Shown: piece after piece, positions 37,381-50,809 of the stretch
How positions within the stretch are numbered: the stretch's first letter is position 1
Layout: every line of letters starts with the position of its first letter
Assembly (NCBI RefSeq): GCF_036321535.1
Contig: NC_087436.1
Span: forward strand, 59,522,001-59,586,000
DNA: 64,000 nt
Reading direction: 5' to 3'
DNA from: Camelus dromedarius
Taxonomy: Eukaryota
Notes under the pieces: generated by a model
Told to the model about the DNA's origin: nothing
The model's database searches: none
Seen by the model: only the letters and a program-made list of their open reading frames with translations
Translations under genes and position numbers: made by a program

Positions 37381-37636
37381 CTGAGTTTGAGATTTGCAGA
37401 TACAAACCATTATATAAAATAGATAAACAACAAGTTTATACTGTATAGCACAGGGAACTATATTCAACATCTTGTAGTAACCTACAATGAAAAAGAGTAT
37501 GAAAAAGAATATACGTATGTATATGTATGACTGAACTGTTATGTTGTACACAAGAAATTGATACAACATTGTAAACTAAATATATTTCAATAAAAAATTA
37601 AAAAAGTGTAATGGGAATTAAAAAATAATAAACAAA
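37381..37636 (+). mobile_element. Short cetartiodactyl/camelid L1 3' end with 9-bp TSD
   Basis: 'ctgtatagcacagggaactatattcaacatcttgtagtaacctacaatgaaaaaga'; TSD taaaagcaa at 37372-37380 and 37637-37645, at a tt/aaaa endonuclease site. Confidence 0.9.
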
Positions 37637-37689
37637 TAAAAGCAATTTAAAGAAATAGTGGTGGAAGATGGGCTCCAGTGTAAAATGTC

Positions 37690-38160
37690 TTCAGTGATGA
37701 TTTCTAATCCTTCCGTATCTCCCCCATCTATTCTCTTCCCCATCATTCTCCATTGCTGTTGTTTCAAAACTTGTTCATATCCTTCAGGCCTCTTATTTCT
37801 CCCTTATGAGGTGATGGAGAGAAAGAGTGAGGAGGTTTCAAGACCTGACCTTACCTCTGCTTTCACTAAGAAAATAAAGGCCCTTAGGTGTAGGCTTCCT
37901 TAGTTTTCTGCCCTCTCTGTTGCTGACCATGCTTTGCCCCAATAATTTCATCAGTTTATTGATTTATTCTTATAGTCCCACCTGACGTCTCCCTGGGAGA
38001 CAGGTACTTCCAGATTTAGACCAGTTCCTCAGCTCTGAGCTTTATTTCTTCCCGTCTCCTATGGCATCTTTCCTAATTGCTTATTCCTTCTCCTGTATTC
38101 AAACTCCCTCTCCTTACTCCCACTTTACCCTTAATACATTAAAATGCTTGAATCACTTTG
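37690..38160 (+). mobile_element. L2 fragment (degenerate)
   Basis: 'gacctgaccttacctctgctttcactaagaaaataaaggcccttaggtgtaggcttcct' is L2-like. Confidence 0.45.
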
Positions 38161-38557
38161 AAAGCAAAACTAACTAGTTACCTAACTAACAAAACAAACA
38201 GCAATAACAGCAACAACAGTCTCTCTAAAATCATACCCTCCCCACATTACATACTAGGCAGGGAGTTATACAAGTTAGGGACACAGCATTTCTATCTGCA
38301 TGAATAGCATCTAGTACACCACGTATTATGTAACAAAGCAAAAAATTTACTTTTTATCTTTAAATGGCTTTTATATTATATGCTATATATAACTTATATA
38401 TATACACATATATAAAATGTCTTTTTTCAGAATATCAGCATCACAGAGCTATTAGCAATAGGAGGTAATTCTAATAGAAAAATATTAATTTTGTGTGTTA
38501 CTTTGTGTAGAATGTTCAATAACTCATGGTTATAATCATGGTAGAAATAATAAAAAT

Positions 38558-38597
38558 GATAACGATGATGATGGTGTTGATGATGATGATGATGATT
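38558..38597. repeat. (GAT)n trinucleotide repeat
   Basis: Seen directly. Confidence 0.85.
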
Positions 38598-38931
38598 ATT
38601 TTAAACATACACTATAGTTTGCAGTATATTTAAAATATATAAGGAATAAGTTTTTTGTTGCTTATTAAAATCACAAGAAATAAACCTGTATAACTGTGTT
38701 TTTTTCCGCTGATATATTCAGGAGCCTTTCAGGACATAAAACAGTATGGAACTATTTAAAAACCATTTCACTGAGATCAAATTTATTTTGTTACTTATAC
38801 TTTTGGAGAAAAATTAAAAGTACATGTTTAAAACTAAGAACTATTCAGCCTCATCCAGTCAATTTCAAATGAAAATGGAGAGACATTAAGACTATACTTA
38901 TCGTTGTTTTTGTTTTACAAACATTTCCTAC

Positions 38932-39039
38932 CTCTTTAAGGCAACAACTTGTGTAAATTGCGTGAATGTAGGCAAAGGACTCTTGAGCCAAATAAGAAAT
39001 CTGTTCAGTAGTAAGTATTCTTAGAAGAATGAGCATAAA
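38932..39039 (-). other. Candidate 108-nt exon (phase 0/0 open; alternative acceptor gives 88 nt)
   Basis: ttttatttaaaacAG (or ttcttctaAG, exon start 39019) and GAG|GTAGGA; reads FMLILLRILTTEQISYLAQESFAYIHAIYTSCCLKE; protein not recognised. Confidence 0.25.
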
Positions 39040-40884
39040 CTGTTTTAAATAAAACCTTAATGAAGTACCAAGCCTATGTGTAATTTATTTATGCTTACAA
39101 AAATTAATCCTTATCATTTCATATTTGAATAACTCTTAAGATTTTTATAAACATGGAACGTGCACTATTTTAATAGTATAAAAGGCAAAAAAAATACATG
39201 AACTGAAAAGAAACTTTTCAGACACTAAAACTGAAGTTTTTTCTCTAGTTATTGAATGGCCTTTAATATACTGATGTGAAACTGAAAGATTATATTTTTG
39301 CATGAGTAAAAGCAATCTTTAACATATAAAATTAACTACTAATATTGGTATCAACTTTATAATAAGCACTTGTTAACAGAGATTTAAATATTATTTTCTT
39401 TCAAATACAAAAATCAATTTTGGTAATAAATTAAATATGGAAAACAACATTTTAGAAAAATAAACTCCTACCACTGAAAAGTATCATTTATATGAAACTG
39501 TTGATAAAACCTGTGTAATGTATGCCAAAGCATCTTGCCTATGGATTATTCAGGCCCTTTGTTAAAATTAAATTTTTTCCTCCCTCCCCTCTTTCCTTTC
39601 CTTCTTCCTTCCATCCATTTAAATGACCAGGACTCTGACTTTAATTTTATGTGATGAACAGAGATAGCACCTAATCACAGTAGCAGATTAGTAAAAACAA
39701 ATTGGTAAAAAATAAATATGAAAAGATGTAGGTCTAATTAAAATTTGAATAGGCATTATTTTTCCATTATAACCTACTTTTACTAGTCTAACAGTACAGA
39801 TAGAACTTTGCTGTTATACAGTCCAATTCATTTGAAACTAAAAATTATAGTATTTGAAAAACATAAACTTATTAAATATATTGATAAAGTAAGTTTATAA
39901 TGAAAACGTGACCTGTCTGTAATGTTATTATGCTCAGATTACATAATGGTAAGATGAGTTATTAGATAAAGAATAGATGTACAGACTAGTACCATTCAAT
40001 AAGTATAGGATGGAAATAAGTACAGGCTATTAGTTTCCTTCAGAAAATGCTTCATATTTTGGGCCAGTGAGCTATACATTATGTGTGCATTTACACTGTA
40101 CTCTTACTTTAAAGCAAACCCAAAACTTTGAAAAGTAATTTACCCTCACAATTTCTACTGAGACAAACTGTGGGTTTAATTCTCTCTAAACCTGAACTTT
40201 TCTGTGTCAAACGTTGTCACCTCCCAGTCCTACATAAACATAATAGAATTACCTTTGGTATAGCAATCCAAATTTTGCATTATAGGGAAAAAATTCATGA
40301 TTCATCTTTATAATTTTATGATATTTATTATTTTCAGCATAAGCCAATTTGACTTAATCTCTCATTCAGGATTATGCATGAAGTAGGTATCTAATATTTT
40401 TAAATCTATTTTTATATTTGTTTTGAATTTGTCAAGAAATAATAATCTGGCTTTGTTTAAAAAAAAACAGCAAGAATTTCGTATCACACAGTGAGTATAA
40501 CTGCTTAATGTAAAGGTATTATAAGAAGCTTAGTTGCCGAGTATTCAAAAAATTTCTGAATGGTGAGGATGATTTAAGGTTTACAGGATAAAACTTTTAT
40601 AGAATACAATGTTTAAAGAATATAGCAGCTCTTATAAGCACAAGTGGTGGTGGTTAGGGGAGGGGGGCTGAAGCAGAGAAGCAGAAGCAGTGAAAGTGAC
40701 CAGGGGTAGAAGCAGCAGCAAGTCAGTCAGAGAGAAAAACCTGACATCATTTATCAAACCTATCAGAATTGGTCCTGTAAGTTTTTCTTTTATTATTTTC
40801 ACTTGGTAATATTTGGAGGCTTTAACCTACATTAAAAAGATAGGTATAGATTTCTAAGATTTGAAATGGACAAGCAATACTAAA

Positions 40885-41670
40885 TAATGGACATTATCAA
40901 AAAGTCTACAGATAATAAGTGCAGGAGAGTGTAGAGAAAAGGGAACCCTCTTACACTGTTGGTGGGAATATAAATTGGTGCAGTCAATATGAATAGTATG
41001 GACATTCCTTAAAAAAACTAAAAACAGAGTCACCATATGATTCAGCAATCCCACCCCTGGGCATATATCCAGAGGGGACTCTAACTCGAAAAGATACATG
41101 CACCCCAATGTTGACAGCAACACTATTTACAATAACCAAGACAAGGAAGCAACATAAATGTCCACCAACAGATGACTGGATCAAGATGTGGTGTATATAC
41201 ACAATAAAATATTATTTAGCCATAAAAAAGGAGAAAATAGTGCCATTTGCAGCAACACGGATGGACCTAATGTGGATTATCATAGTAAGTGAAGCAAGTC
41301 AAAGACAAATATCACATTATATCACTTATATGTGAAAGCTAAAAACATTGATACAAATCAACTTATTTACAAAACAGAAAGAAACTCACAGACATAGAAA
41401 ACAAACTTATGGCTACCAAAGGGGAAGGAAGGTCAAGAGAGGGATAAATTAGGAGTCTGAGAGTAACAGATAAACACTATTATGTATAAAATATGTAAAT
41501 AACAAGGACCTACTATATAGCACAGGAACTATATTCAGTATCTTGTAATAACCTATAATGGAAAAAAAATCTGAAAAAGTATATATATATGTATGTATAA
41601 CTGAATTACTTTACTGCATACCTGAAACTAACAACATTGTAAATCAACTATACTTCAATTTAAAAAAAAA
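40885..41670 (+). mobile_element. 5'-truncated cetartiodactyl L1 (ORF2 end, 3'UTR, polyA)
   Basis: ORF2-like peptide MLTATLFTITKTRKQHKCPPTDDWIK; 3' end 'cctgaaactaacaacattgtaaatcaactatacttcaatttaaaaaaaaa'. Confidence 0.95.
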
Positions 41671-43789
41671 GATCCCAGGTTGCAGGAAATCCCAGGAATG
41701 TCTTGGGCATTTAACAATCAGAAAGTTCATTCCCATCTCATTCAATTATGAAAATCAATCTTGATAATGTATGTGTGCAAAAACGTTTTGTGATGTGTAA
41801 AATACAATAAAATGAGAAGTGGTCTTAATGTGCTAAATGGCAGAACCATAGTTTTCACTAAAGACTAAACAGCAACAACTTCACAGTGGAACACTATTAA
41901 TTGTATTCTCTCTGCTGACAAAAGGACCTGTCCTTAGCAATGTCAGGGCAATCATTTGATGGAAGGAAAGCTTGTGTTAACTCTATTGCCACAAGTCTAG
42001 GCAGAGTGGCTTTCAAGGCTATTTACTTGAAGTTAGATAAAGGTAGACCAAAAAAATTGTTTCCTAGGGTAATTCCAGGGTTTAAATATACCAAGATTGT
42101 CAGATATATAATGCTCAGACTGAATATACAAAGAGGTACCCAGGACAATGCTTTCCCTACTCACTTTATGCTTCTCTCCCAAAGCCCTTCTCTTAGCTGA
42201 TGAAAAACAACAGAAATGTGCTCTCATTCATTCCCACCTGTGCTAACACAAAACAAAAGGACAAGGTCCTGGAGGCCAAAAACTAAATAGTGTTTCCATG
42301 ACCTTGTTTCATCAACCAGAACGAAGCTGTAAAGAACTGAGAAATAATACTTCTTACTGTATAAATAAATTACTCAGAAATACATGAAATGATAATACCA
42401 GACAAAATCTTTTTACTCATGAGCAAATCAGGCAGTGCTTAAACATTAAATCTAGGAATATTAGAGAAGCTTTCATAAATAGAGGTTTTGAATGTTTGAA
42501 AGCTCCTATTGAAGTTTTTTCATTAAGATGTTTCTCTCTGTAAGCCTGGCCACTCAGTGTTAAAAAGGCAGTAACATCAGATGCCCTTTAAAAAAAAATC
42601 CTTAGTCTAACACAACATTATTTTTAATTTGACAGGCACATAGAACTCAAGCAAGTAATAACAATGACGAAAAGAATTTTGTGTATATACACTTGATATC
42701 ATTTTGCAAAAGTTAAAATGATCTCATGATTATTAGTTTTTATCTTTTTGCTAAAAAGGCTATTTTTAAAAAGTAGTTTAAAGTCACAGTTGCAACATCA
42801 TCATGTTAAAGCTACAAGATGACTTGCAATTTTGTCAAATGACACAATTGTGTTCATAAGATTAAGTAAGCTTTATAATAGATTAATGTAATAGATTAAT
42901 AAACCTAAGTATTTTGTTAAGTATTATGTTATATAAATAGATTGATTTTTTAAAAAATACAACAGATTCATATTTCTCATCAGAAAACATTCTTGGCACT
43001 TATGACTGAGAATCACATACGCAAATACAATCCAAACATCTTGGCCTTCTATCTTTATGGAGAGAAGGAAGAAAGGATTATTAAATAGAGTTCATCATTA
43101 TTTTTACTGGGAAATTTAAGAAACTGAAAAGATGTAAACTGTCCTTAAGTTGGGAAGTATATAAACAGACCAAAAAAAAAAAAAAAAAAAGATAATCCAG
43201 CTATGTATTAGATGTTTGAATCATTAAGACTACAAAAAGGAAATAATACATTATTATACTCCTGAATTTTTAGTAAAAATTTACCACTATATATTTTAAA
43301 TGGGCTTTCAAAATGTACCATCACCTATACACTTCTGATTTACTATTCTAAAAAAACCTGCTCTCAAAATTTTTCACCTCACAGGGCAACAGATCTATTC
43401 TGCACTAAATCACTTGTACACTAAATCGTTGTCAATATGGTGCTATTTTTGAGATATTTTTCTGAGATTAAATGTATAGTCCTATAAATATAAAAACTGA
43501 TAAAAAAATATTAAACCCAGAACCTTGATATTAAACATCAGTGGTTTTTAAAAATTTGCAATGGTTCAAGCTACATTTATTACTCAATAAAATTCTCAGC
43601 AGGACCTATAATCTCTGTTCCCTATATCATTGCAATCATTCTCATTAGTTACCAGCCAACTCAGTAACATCAAATGCAAATATTCCACAAGAATTGTTTG
43701 TTTTAAATAAAATCAATAAGGGAAAAAAACAGGTGGATTAAGAATCTCAATTGCTAAGGCTAATATTAGGCCAAAAGCAAAAGGAGCAG

Positions 43790-44020
43790 TGCTTACTATT
43801 CTGGTTACATTATTTTTAGGGTTGGTCCATGGTGCCAGGGACCACTGCCTACCATTAAGCAGTTGCGCATTGCACGTGACTAAGGCTAATCCTTTTGCAG
43901 CTGTGCAGGACACCAGTGCCACTAAATGCAATGACTGCTGGTAATTCTAAAGATACTATAATGAATCTATCTATTTTATGAGTACCTTCATAATTGTATC
44001 TTAACCAATGCGAAGAGTAA
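43790..44020. promoter_or_regulatory. Candidate enhancer (dense motif cluster)
   Basis: MEF2 TTATTTTTAG 43810-43819; CAGTTG 43860; C/EBP-like TTGCGCAT 43863; CACGTGAC 43873-43880; TAATCC 43887; CAGCTG 43898; locally GC- and CpG-enriched, no repeat recognised. Confidence 0.45.
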
Positions 44021-44197
44021 TGTGGGTCATTATTTGATTTGGAAAGTTGTAAGTAACTGAAGCCCATGGAAAGAGATTATAACATTTGAGAAAAGAGTAA
44101 CCCGAGAGAACATTGTTCACTTTTCCTTCTTCAGTTATGATTTGTTTTGCTATTAAAAAAAACCAGAAGGGATAATAACTGTTGCTGTATAAACATT

Positions 44198-44233
44198 AAT
44201 AATAACAATAACAACAACAACAACAATAATAAT
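44198..44233. repeat. (AAT)n/(AAC)n microsatellite
   Basis: Seen directly. Confidence 0.8.
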
Positions 44234-44721
44234 ATCATCCCTTAAAGATCTGAAAAAATTTGTTCTACGTTAACCCATGGTAACAATGAGCAGGGGCTGA
44301 ATATTCGGCTTTCTCTTTATTCTGTATTTAGACTTGGTGGGGAAAGTAACAAAAATCAAATGTTTCAAGTCTATGTGCAGTTCTATCCCACCTCCTCTGT
44401 GAGGTGGGACTCCCTTCTCAAAACTATTTGTCTGTTACAGGATTTATGCCTGTGTGTTATAGTTACTTGGATAGGTGTCTGTCTCCATAAATAGATTGCT
44501 AAACCTCTTAAGTCACAGATTGGCTTTTATTCATCTTGATATGCCCACTAGCTACTGTGATGTTTTAAGAAAATCTAGGAGTAAAATAACTATCTGGAGA
44601 GTAAATAAGAAACGGATTGCATTATAAGTGTGCTTTTGAAGGACCCTTCTTAAAGTTTCTTTTATTTTTCTATGATATACCAATGCTGTTATCATCATCA
44701 TTTTTACTGGAGAGTGATAAT

Positions 44722-45030
44722 TTTATTCATGTATGTATTCAACAAATATTTACTGCATATCCATTATATGCCATTCTCTGGATCTAAGCCCTGAGATAGA
44801 GAAGAAGAATGCTATATTGGAACTCTGCCATCACTGAGTTTAAATCATAAATGCAAAACAGACTCTAAAAATCTAAGTAAAATAAAATGTTTTAAGTCCT
44901 ATGATACTGATAGCATAGGGTGCTATTAGAGGTGGTGCCATTACAGAGTGCTATATAGCAAAGAGAACTGTTCTGGAGTAGGAATTTCTCCCTGAAGAAT
45001 TTAAGACCAAGATACAGAAGACAACAATTT
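44722..45030 (-). mobile_element. L2 3' end
   Basis: 'ttcatgtatgtattcaacaaatatttactgcatatccattatatgccattctctggatctaagccctgagata'. Confidence 0.7.
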
Positions 45031-46642
45031 GTCAAAAAAAAAAAAAAAAAAAAAAAAGGGAAGGGGGTCAGAAGAGGATGAATATATTATATAGCAGCAT
45101 TAAATTTATTTCTGTGGATCAAATTTATGACAAACTGACTTAAGTTTGTGAAATATAATATACAAACAATAACATCATTTATAAAAATTTAGTTTGTTTT
45201 CAGAGCAATTAGCAATAGATTTTTATGGATTATACACTAATCATTTATATCTTTGCAAATTAGATTGGTATAAAATAAAGGATGAATCTCTTTAGAAAAG
45301 TATATAATGTTAAAAGGTAACTATAATTTTACATTTTTTACTGATGATTTACAGTAAATATGAGACACAATTTAGTGTAAAATCCTATTTTGACAAGAGA
45401 AAGTTCCAAGGAAAACAGAATTAATTGTTAATGTAAAAATTTATATTATTTTCATTCAATGAGTTTAAGATTCTGATTCTGGAATAGATGTATAATTTGA
45501 GTAAATGGAATTCTTGACATCAAAAGAACACATTTTAATCCATTAAATGGTAAAAGTTAATGTGGGATCTAAATACACAACTCTAGATTAAACTGAATTT
45601 GCCCTCTATGATCATAAAGAACAAAAAACAGACTAAGTTTCTCTTGGGAATAAATCTTGAATTTTTCTTAGATTTGATCCTTTTAATGATTAACCACTCT
45701 AAGTATTCATATTTGTAGAATTTTTAGAGTAATGATAGAGATCATACTCATACTTCAAAAGATTGCAAAATTAAAGAGATTATAAAGATTGACAGAATGA
45801 GAACAGAGCCAATGGGGGTTAAATGGCAGACTAAATCAGAACTTCATTTATAGCACCGCAAAGAATTATACCAGAATCTCCAAAACCTCTTCATCTGTAT
45901 CAAAGGAAACATTCTAAAACACATTTTCTTTTTAGTGGCAGGACTTCAGTAATTTCAAGACAAGAATGGAATTATCTAAACTAGAATCTACCCATATAAC
46001 TTCTTATTTCAACGGACTTATTAAAAAGTATACCAGTTCATCTCATCCTTGAAGTCATTCTTTTTAAGGGATGCTATTTATTTTTAACATTACTTCTAGA
46101 AGTTATTTTGTGAAATAGTTTTGATCTTTAAAACCACTTAATAAAAGTAATCAGGAATGTTTAGACTGATACAACTTAAATCTTAAAATGTTTATCTTTA
46201 ATACACATAAAGAAAAAGGGTGACTCTGGGGAAAAAAAGGAGTGTTTAAATGGAAAATTAAAGCAAGTTTTTATTCTTAATACTTAATGAACAAATATTT
46301 AATTGAGGAGATTATAGTAAGCATATTCTGTTCCTTTCAGCTGAATACTAAGATCACATTAGCACAAATGCCTTTTCAGAGCTGTACTTTAATATTATTT
46401 CCTCAGCTTTCATTAGGTATCATTATAAGAAATAGCCACATGAAAAATCATTATTGTTCATTATAATGCTATTGTTTATTTTCTTCCAGTGTATCCTTCA
46501 TAAAGTTTCCAAGGGAGAAATTTCCTTAGCATCTTAACAAGAAGGAAAACTTTGATTCTCTCCAGGACCAGGAATCCTTTCCTCATTTAGCTAAGAAGTA
46601 TGCAACTTATACATACATTCCCCACATACGTTTGTGAGTATG

Positions 46643-46710
46643 TGGGGGGGTGGGGGGTGAGAGAAAGAGAGAGAGAGAGAGAGAGAGATAGTGTGTGTGT
46701 GTGTGTGAGA
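46643..46710. repeat. Compound G-run/(GA)n/(GT)n microsatellite
   Basis: Seen directly. Confidence 0.9.
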
Positions 46711-47349
46711 ATTCCAGAAAGCTAAAAGTCACATAATCATATTAACTACTTTTATGGTCCTTCTGAAGCCTGTGTTTTCTATTTCTATTGTATTTACTTT
46801 ATTGCATGTATTTTCTTTATTGAAAACCACTGGGATGTACTTGGGAAAAAGTGAATATACAGGTATATTGTTACCAAAAAAGAAATATGTCTTAAGATGT
46901 TTTAACAAAGACTATTTTTTCCCACAGGATCTCACAGCACAATTTACTTGCTTTCTAAAACAGTATAAATAACTGAAAATTAAGACAAATAAATACATAG
47001 TCCATGATTTTCAGTAAGCTGATCAATTCTAGCAACTGATTAGTAAAATTTCCCTCCATGTAGCATAAGGAAATTTACCAGTGTCATGTTTTGGCTTAAT
47101 AAGAGGGATTATGATACCCCTAATATGTGGCATGAAAGTTATAGATGAATTTAGCTGTCACAGTGTATGTGACAATACCCGAGTAAACTAATATGTGGGA
47201 TCCTATTTATTTTAATGCAGCAATTTACAAATATGATCTGTCAATTATCCTGTAATTCTCTTAATAGCCTTCCTAAAAAATTCAGTAGTGCTAAGAATTA
47301 GCAAGAATAATTTACTAAATCAGAAGCAATATGGCTCATAAGAATAAAC

Positions 47350-48720
47350 AACTTTTGCTCTGTGAGATACCATGTGAAGAGATAAGACAAGCTACAGACT
47401 GGAAGAAAAGATTTGTAAACCACACAGCTGACTAAGAACTACTATCCGGAATATATAGAGAATACTCAAACTTCAACAGTAAAAACAAAACAAAACAAAA
47501 CTAAACTAAACTAAACAAAGAAAAAAACCCCCAAATAATTCAATTAGAAACAGGCAAAAGAAATAAACAGATATCTCACCAAAGATATGTCAATTACAAA
47601 TAAACACATAATAAGATGTTCAGCATTAGCCATCAGGGAAATATAAATTAAAACCATGAGTTCTCACTATATTTTATAAGGATCAATAAAATAAAAAATA
47701 GTGGCAAGACTCAATACTGGTACAGATGCAAAGACACTGGATCATTCATATATTGGTGGTATGAATACAAATGGCAAGTCACTCTGGAAAAGTTTGAGTT
47801 TCTCATAAAACTAGACATACAATTACCATCTGTGATAAGCAGAAGAATGCCAACCTGCCCCGCCCTGAACAGAATATATCCACATCCTAAGCTCCAGAAC
47901 CGGTGAATATGTTAGTTTAATTGGCAAAAGTGACTTTGCAGATGTGATTAAATTAAGGATCTTAAAATGGAAAGATTAAAGCTGGATTATCTAGATGAGT
48001 CTAGTATATTCCCCAAGGTTCTTCTAAGGGAAAGAGGTAAGAAGAACCATCTCAGTCAGAGAAGGAGATGTGAGGACAGAAACAGAGGTGGGGGAGAGAG
48101 ATTTAAAGATGTTATACTGCTGGCTGTGAAGATAAAGGAAAGAGCCATGATCAAGGATAACAGCCTCCAAAATTTGGAAACGTGGCAAAAAGTTTATTTG
48201 CTACAAGTTCCAGAAGGAACACAGCCCTACAGTTAGTTTGATTGTAGGCCAGTAGGCCCTAATTACAAAATAACAAATATTGTATTAAATCACTAAACTT
48301 ATGATAATTTGTTATAGTAGAAAAAAGAAACTAATACTACAACTCAGCAATTGTACTCTTGGGCATTTATTCCAGGGATATAAAAACAGTTCATGCAAAA
48401 ACTTGTACATACATTTCACAAAAGTTTTATTCATAATATTTAAAACCTGGAGACAGCCAAAATGTCCTTCAGTGGTCAAATGGTTACACAAATCATGGTA
48501 CATAACTACCATCGACTACTACTCTCTAATAAAAAGGAACATTATTGACACACAGTTGGATTTTTCTGAGTGGGGAAAAGACAATTTCAAAAGATTACAT
48601 AAATTATTATCTCACTTATAAAACATTTTGAAATGACAACATTTTAGAATGGAAAACATATTAGTGATTGCTAATGGTTTGGGATGGTAGAGGAGGGGAG
48701 GACGGTTGATGTGAAATTTG
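47350..48720 (+). mobile_element. Old L1M (L1MC/MB-like) 3' fragment split by MLT1D
   Basis: 'gacaagctacagactggaagaaaagatttgtaaaccacac...cattagccatcagggaaatataaattaaaacc'; resumes after the LTR with 'actcagcaattgtactcttgggcatttattcc'; peptide FIIFKTWRQPKCPS. Confidence 0.85.
47831..48337 (+). mobile_element. MaLR solo LTR (MLT1D-like) nested in L1
   Basis: 'ccagaaccggtgaatatgttagtttaattggcaaaagtgactttgcagatgtgattaaattaaggatctt...taatttgttatagtagaaaaaagaaactaatac'. Confidence 0.85.
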
Positions 48721-48964
48721 GTGGTGAGAACTTTGGTAAATCAGTAGAAGGATTCTACTTGTAGAATGATTGCAGTTTTAGTCCAGCTGATAAATGTCAT
48801 GTCATTCTCCCTTGGCTATTCAGTTAGAATCCATAATAGTCACACTGCCAGTTGTATTGATTCAATTCATTTTTATTTTTTTCTTAAAGATAAGTACTCT
48901 GGGATGTGCAAATAAATGGAAAGCCTTCAGAAATAAGAAATAAATTGAGGTATCATCTACTCAC

Positions 48965-48987
48965 CTAACTATTAATGAAGCAGCCAT
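48965..48987 (-). other. Candidate 23-nt microexon starting with ATG
   Basis: aacctcctaAG|ATGGCTGCTTCATTAATAGTTAG|GTGAGT; near-consensus donor, atypical AAG acceptor. Confidence 0.25.
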
Positions 48988-50569
48988 CTTAGGAGGTTGA
49001 TATTTAAATTGTAAAACTTAGCAAATTCTCTTTTAGGAGTTTGTAGAACAGAAATTTGAAAAGCCCCTGATTAGAAACATCATTCATTAAAAAGATTTAT
49101 ATCTAATGCCTGTCTAAGATATACATCTGAAGAACAGATTTCTCATGTTACCAGGAAATCTTATATTACTACATATGCTTATCAGTGATTGAAATCACAC
49201 ATGCAGACAAAAATAAAATCCTAGCTAAACTCAGATTCTCTTTTGTATATTAATTTCTTTTTCTTATTTATATATTACTTCTTATTTGTTGGACTTTTAA
49301 AAGATCATTTCAATCACAATGATTTGACTAGGCATCGAAAGTTTTATTTTGATCCAACAAAATCTCAACATCTGAACAAATTAAAAATTATGCAGAAGTG
49401 GTGCACTATACATGTTGTTTTTAAATCAATTTTACATTTCAAATAGTAAGAATAAAAAAAAAAAACATTTTGTTTAAGAGCCAGATACAAGAGGTTACAA
49501 ACCAACTAAGGTTCTTTTGAGTGTCACAACCCATCATTGGTGAAATGAACATATAGTTCTAATTTGGTTATTTGAATGGCAACACACTGAAATAATACAG
49601 CACTTCTTAATTACATTATTATGCTATGCATTTTGGTTTGGGTTCATACTCATAAATAGTAATATAACTTTAAACAATTTTGTAATAATAACTCTGATTA
49701 TGTTCTAAATGTTGGCTGTGAGTAGAAAGTAGTCTCAGCTTAATTAGCTGCTTACTTCTATATGCTAAATTAGAGCTACATTACAAAATAAGAACCTTTA
49801 AATTATATAGTGAAAAAAAATCTCTAAACATAATTACCAGAGTCTCTACTGGAAGATATAATTACTATGGGCTAAATTCTTTCTTCAGTTTCATTTTTCT
49901 ATCTCCCACAGAAGCAAACAGATGAAAACTGCATACATATCTAAGGGCTGAGTATCAATTTACTGTGAATTCTGGGCAATGTCCAAAAACTAATGGAGGC
50001 TACATTGAGAAAGCTTACAATACACATTTTCAACTACATATGGTGAAACCAACTTAAGACACCATTCATTCCTTTTAGAAATGGGAATCTGGAAAGTTCA
50101 GTGTTAACCTTGATTCCCAATCAACTCACTGTCCTTGAAGAACTTATTTAATTAGTCTACATTTCACTTTATGCATCTATAAAATTAAGATAACATTCAT
50201 TTTCCTCATAGGATGTTTGGGGAATTCATGATTGTAAAATGCAAAGAGATTTGTGGATGGAAGTTATGGATCAAAGTGCAGAATGAGGAGAATGGCAAAT
50301 GGTATGCTTCTGCTGTGTCTAGAACACTGTTGAAGAACAAGCAGTATGCATTGCTTGATAATAACTACATTTAGAATAAATATCAGTCAGAAAACAGAAT
50401 ATGTAAGGCTGTTGAGTGAAATGAAGAAACTGGTGGAGACAGATGATTTGACTTTCAATCCTACCACAGTGGAGTAATAAATCACCAGATGAAGAGGCTA
50501 TTCCAAAAGAAAAAAAAAAATACTCAAAAGCATAGAAATTTGAACAAAAAATACATATAGTTGGAAAGC

Positions 50570-50790
50570 ATATGTAGAGTATATTAGTCAAAATCATGAG
50601 CTCTAGAGTTCAGAATCTTAGTTCTACTTTACATGTGACCTTGGATAAATTACTTTGCCTAATTAATTACCTAATTAATAAAAGAAATATATTAGAATTA
50701 AAATAACTCATAAGAGTTTTGTGAGATTAATAAAATAATATATATAAAACACTTAGCTTAATGCTGACCAATAATAAGTGGTGTTTATCA
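50570..50790 (+). mobile_element. MIR SINE
   Basis: 'catgtgaccttggataaattactttgcc...aactcataagagttttgtgagattaataaaataatatatataaaacacttagc'. Confidence 0.7.
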
Positions 50791-50809
50791 TTTAAAGATT
50801 TAATAAGTA

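Noticed and set aside
40854..41764. Several ORFs of 68-89 aa
   Set aside because: All lie within an L1 3' fragment.
47967..48621. ORFs of 89 and 106 aa
   Set aside because: Derived from an MLT1D LTR and L1 ORF2 remnants.
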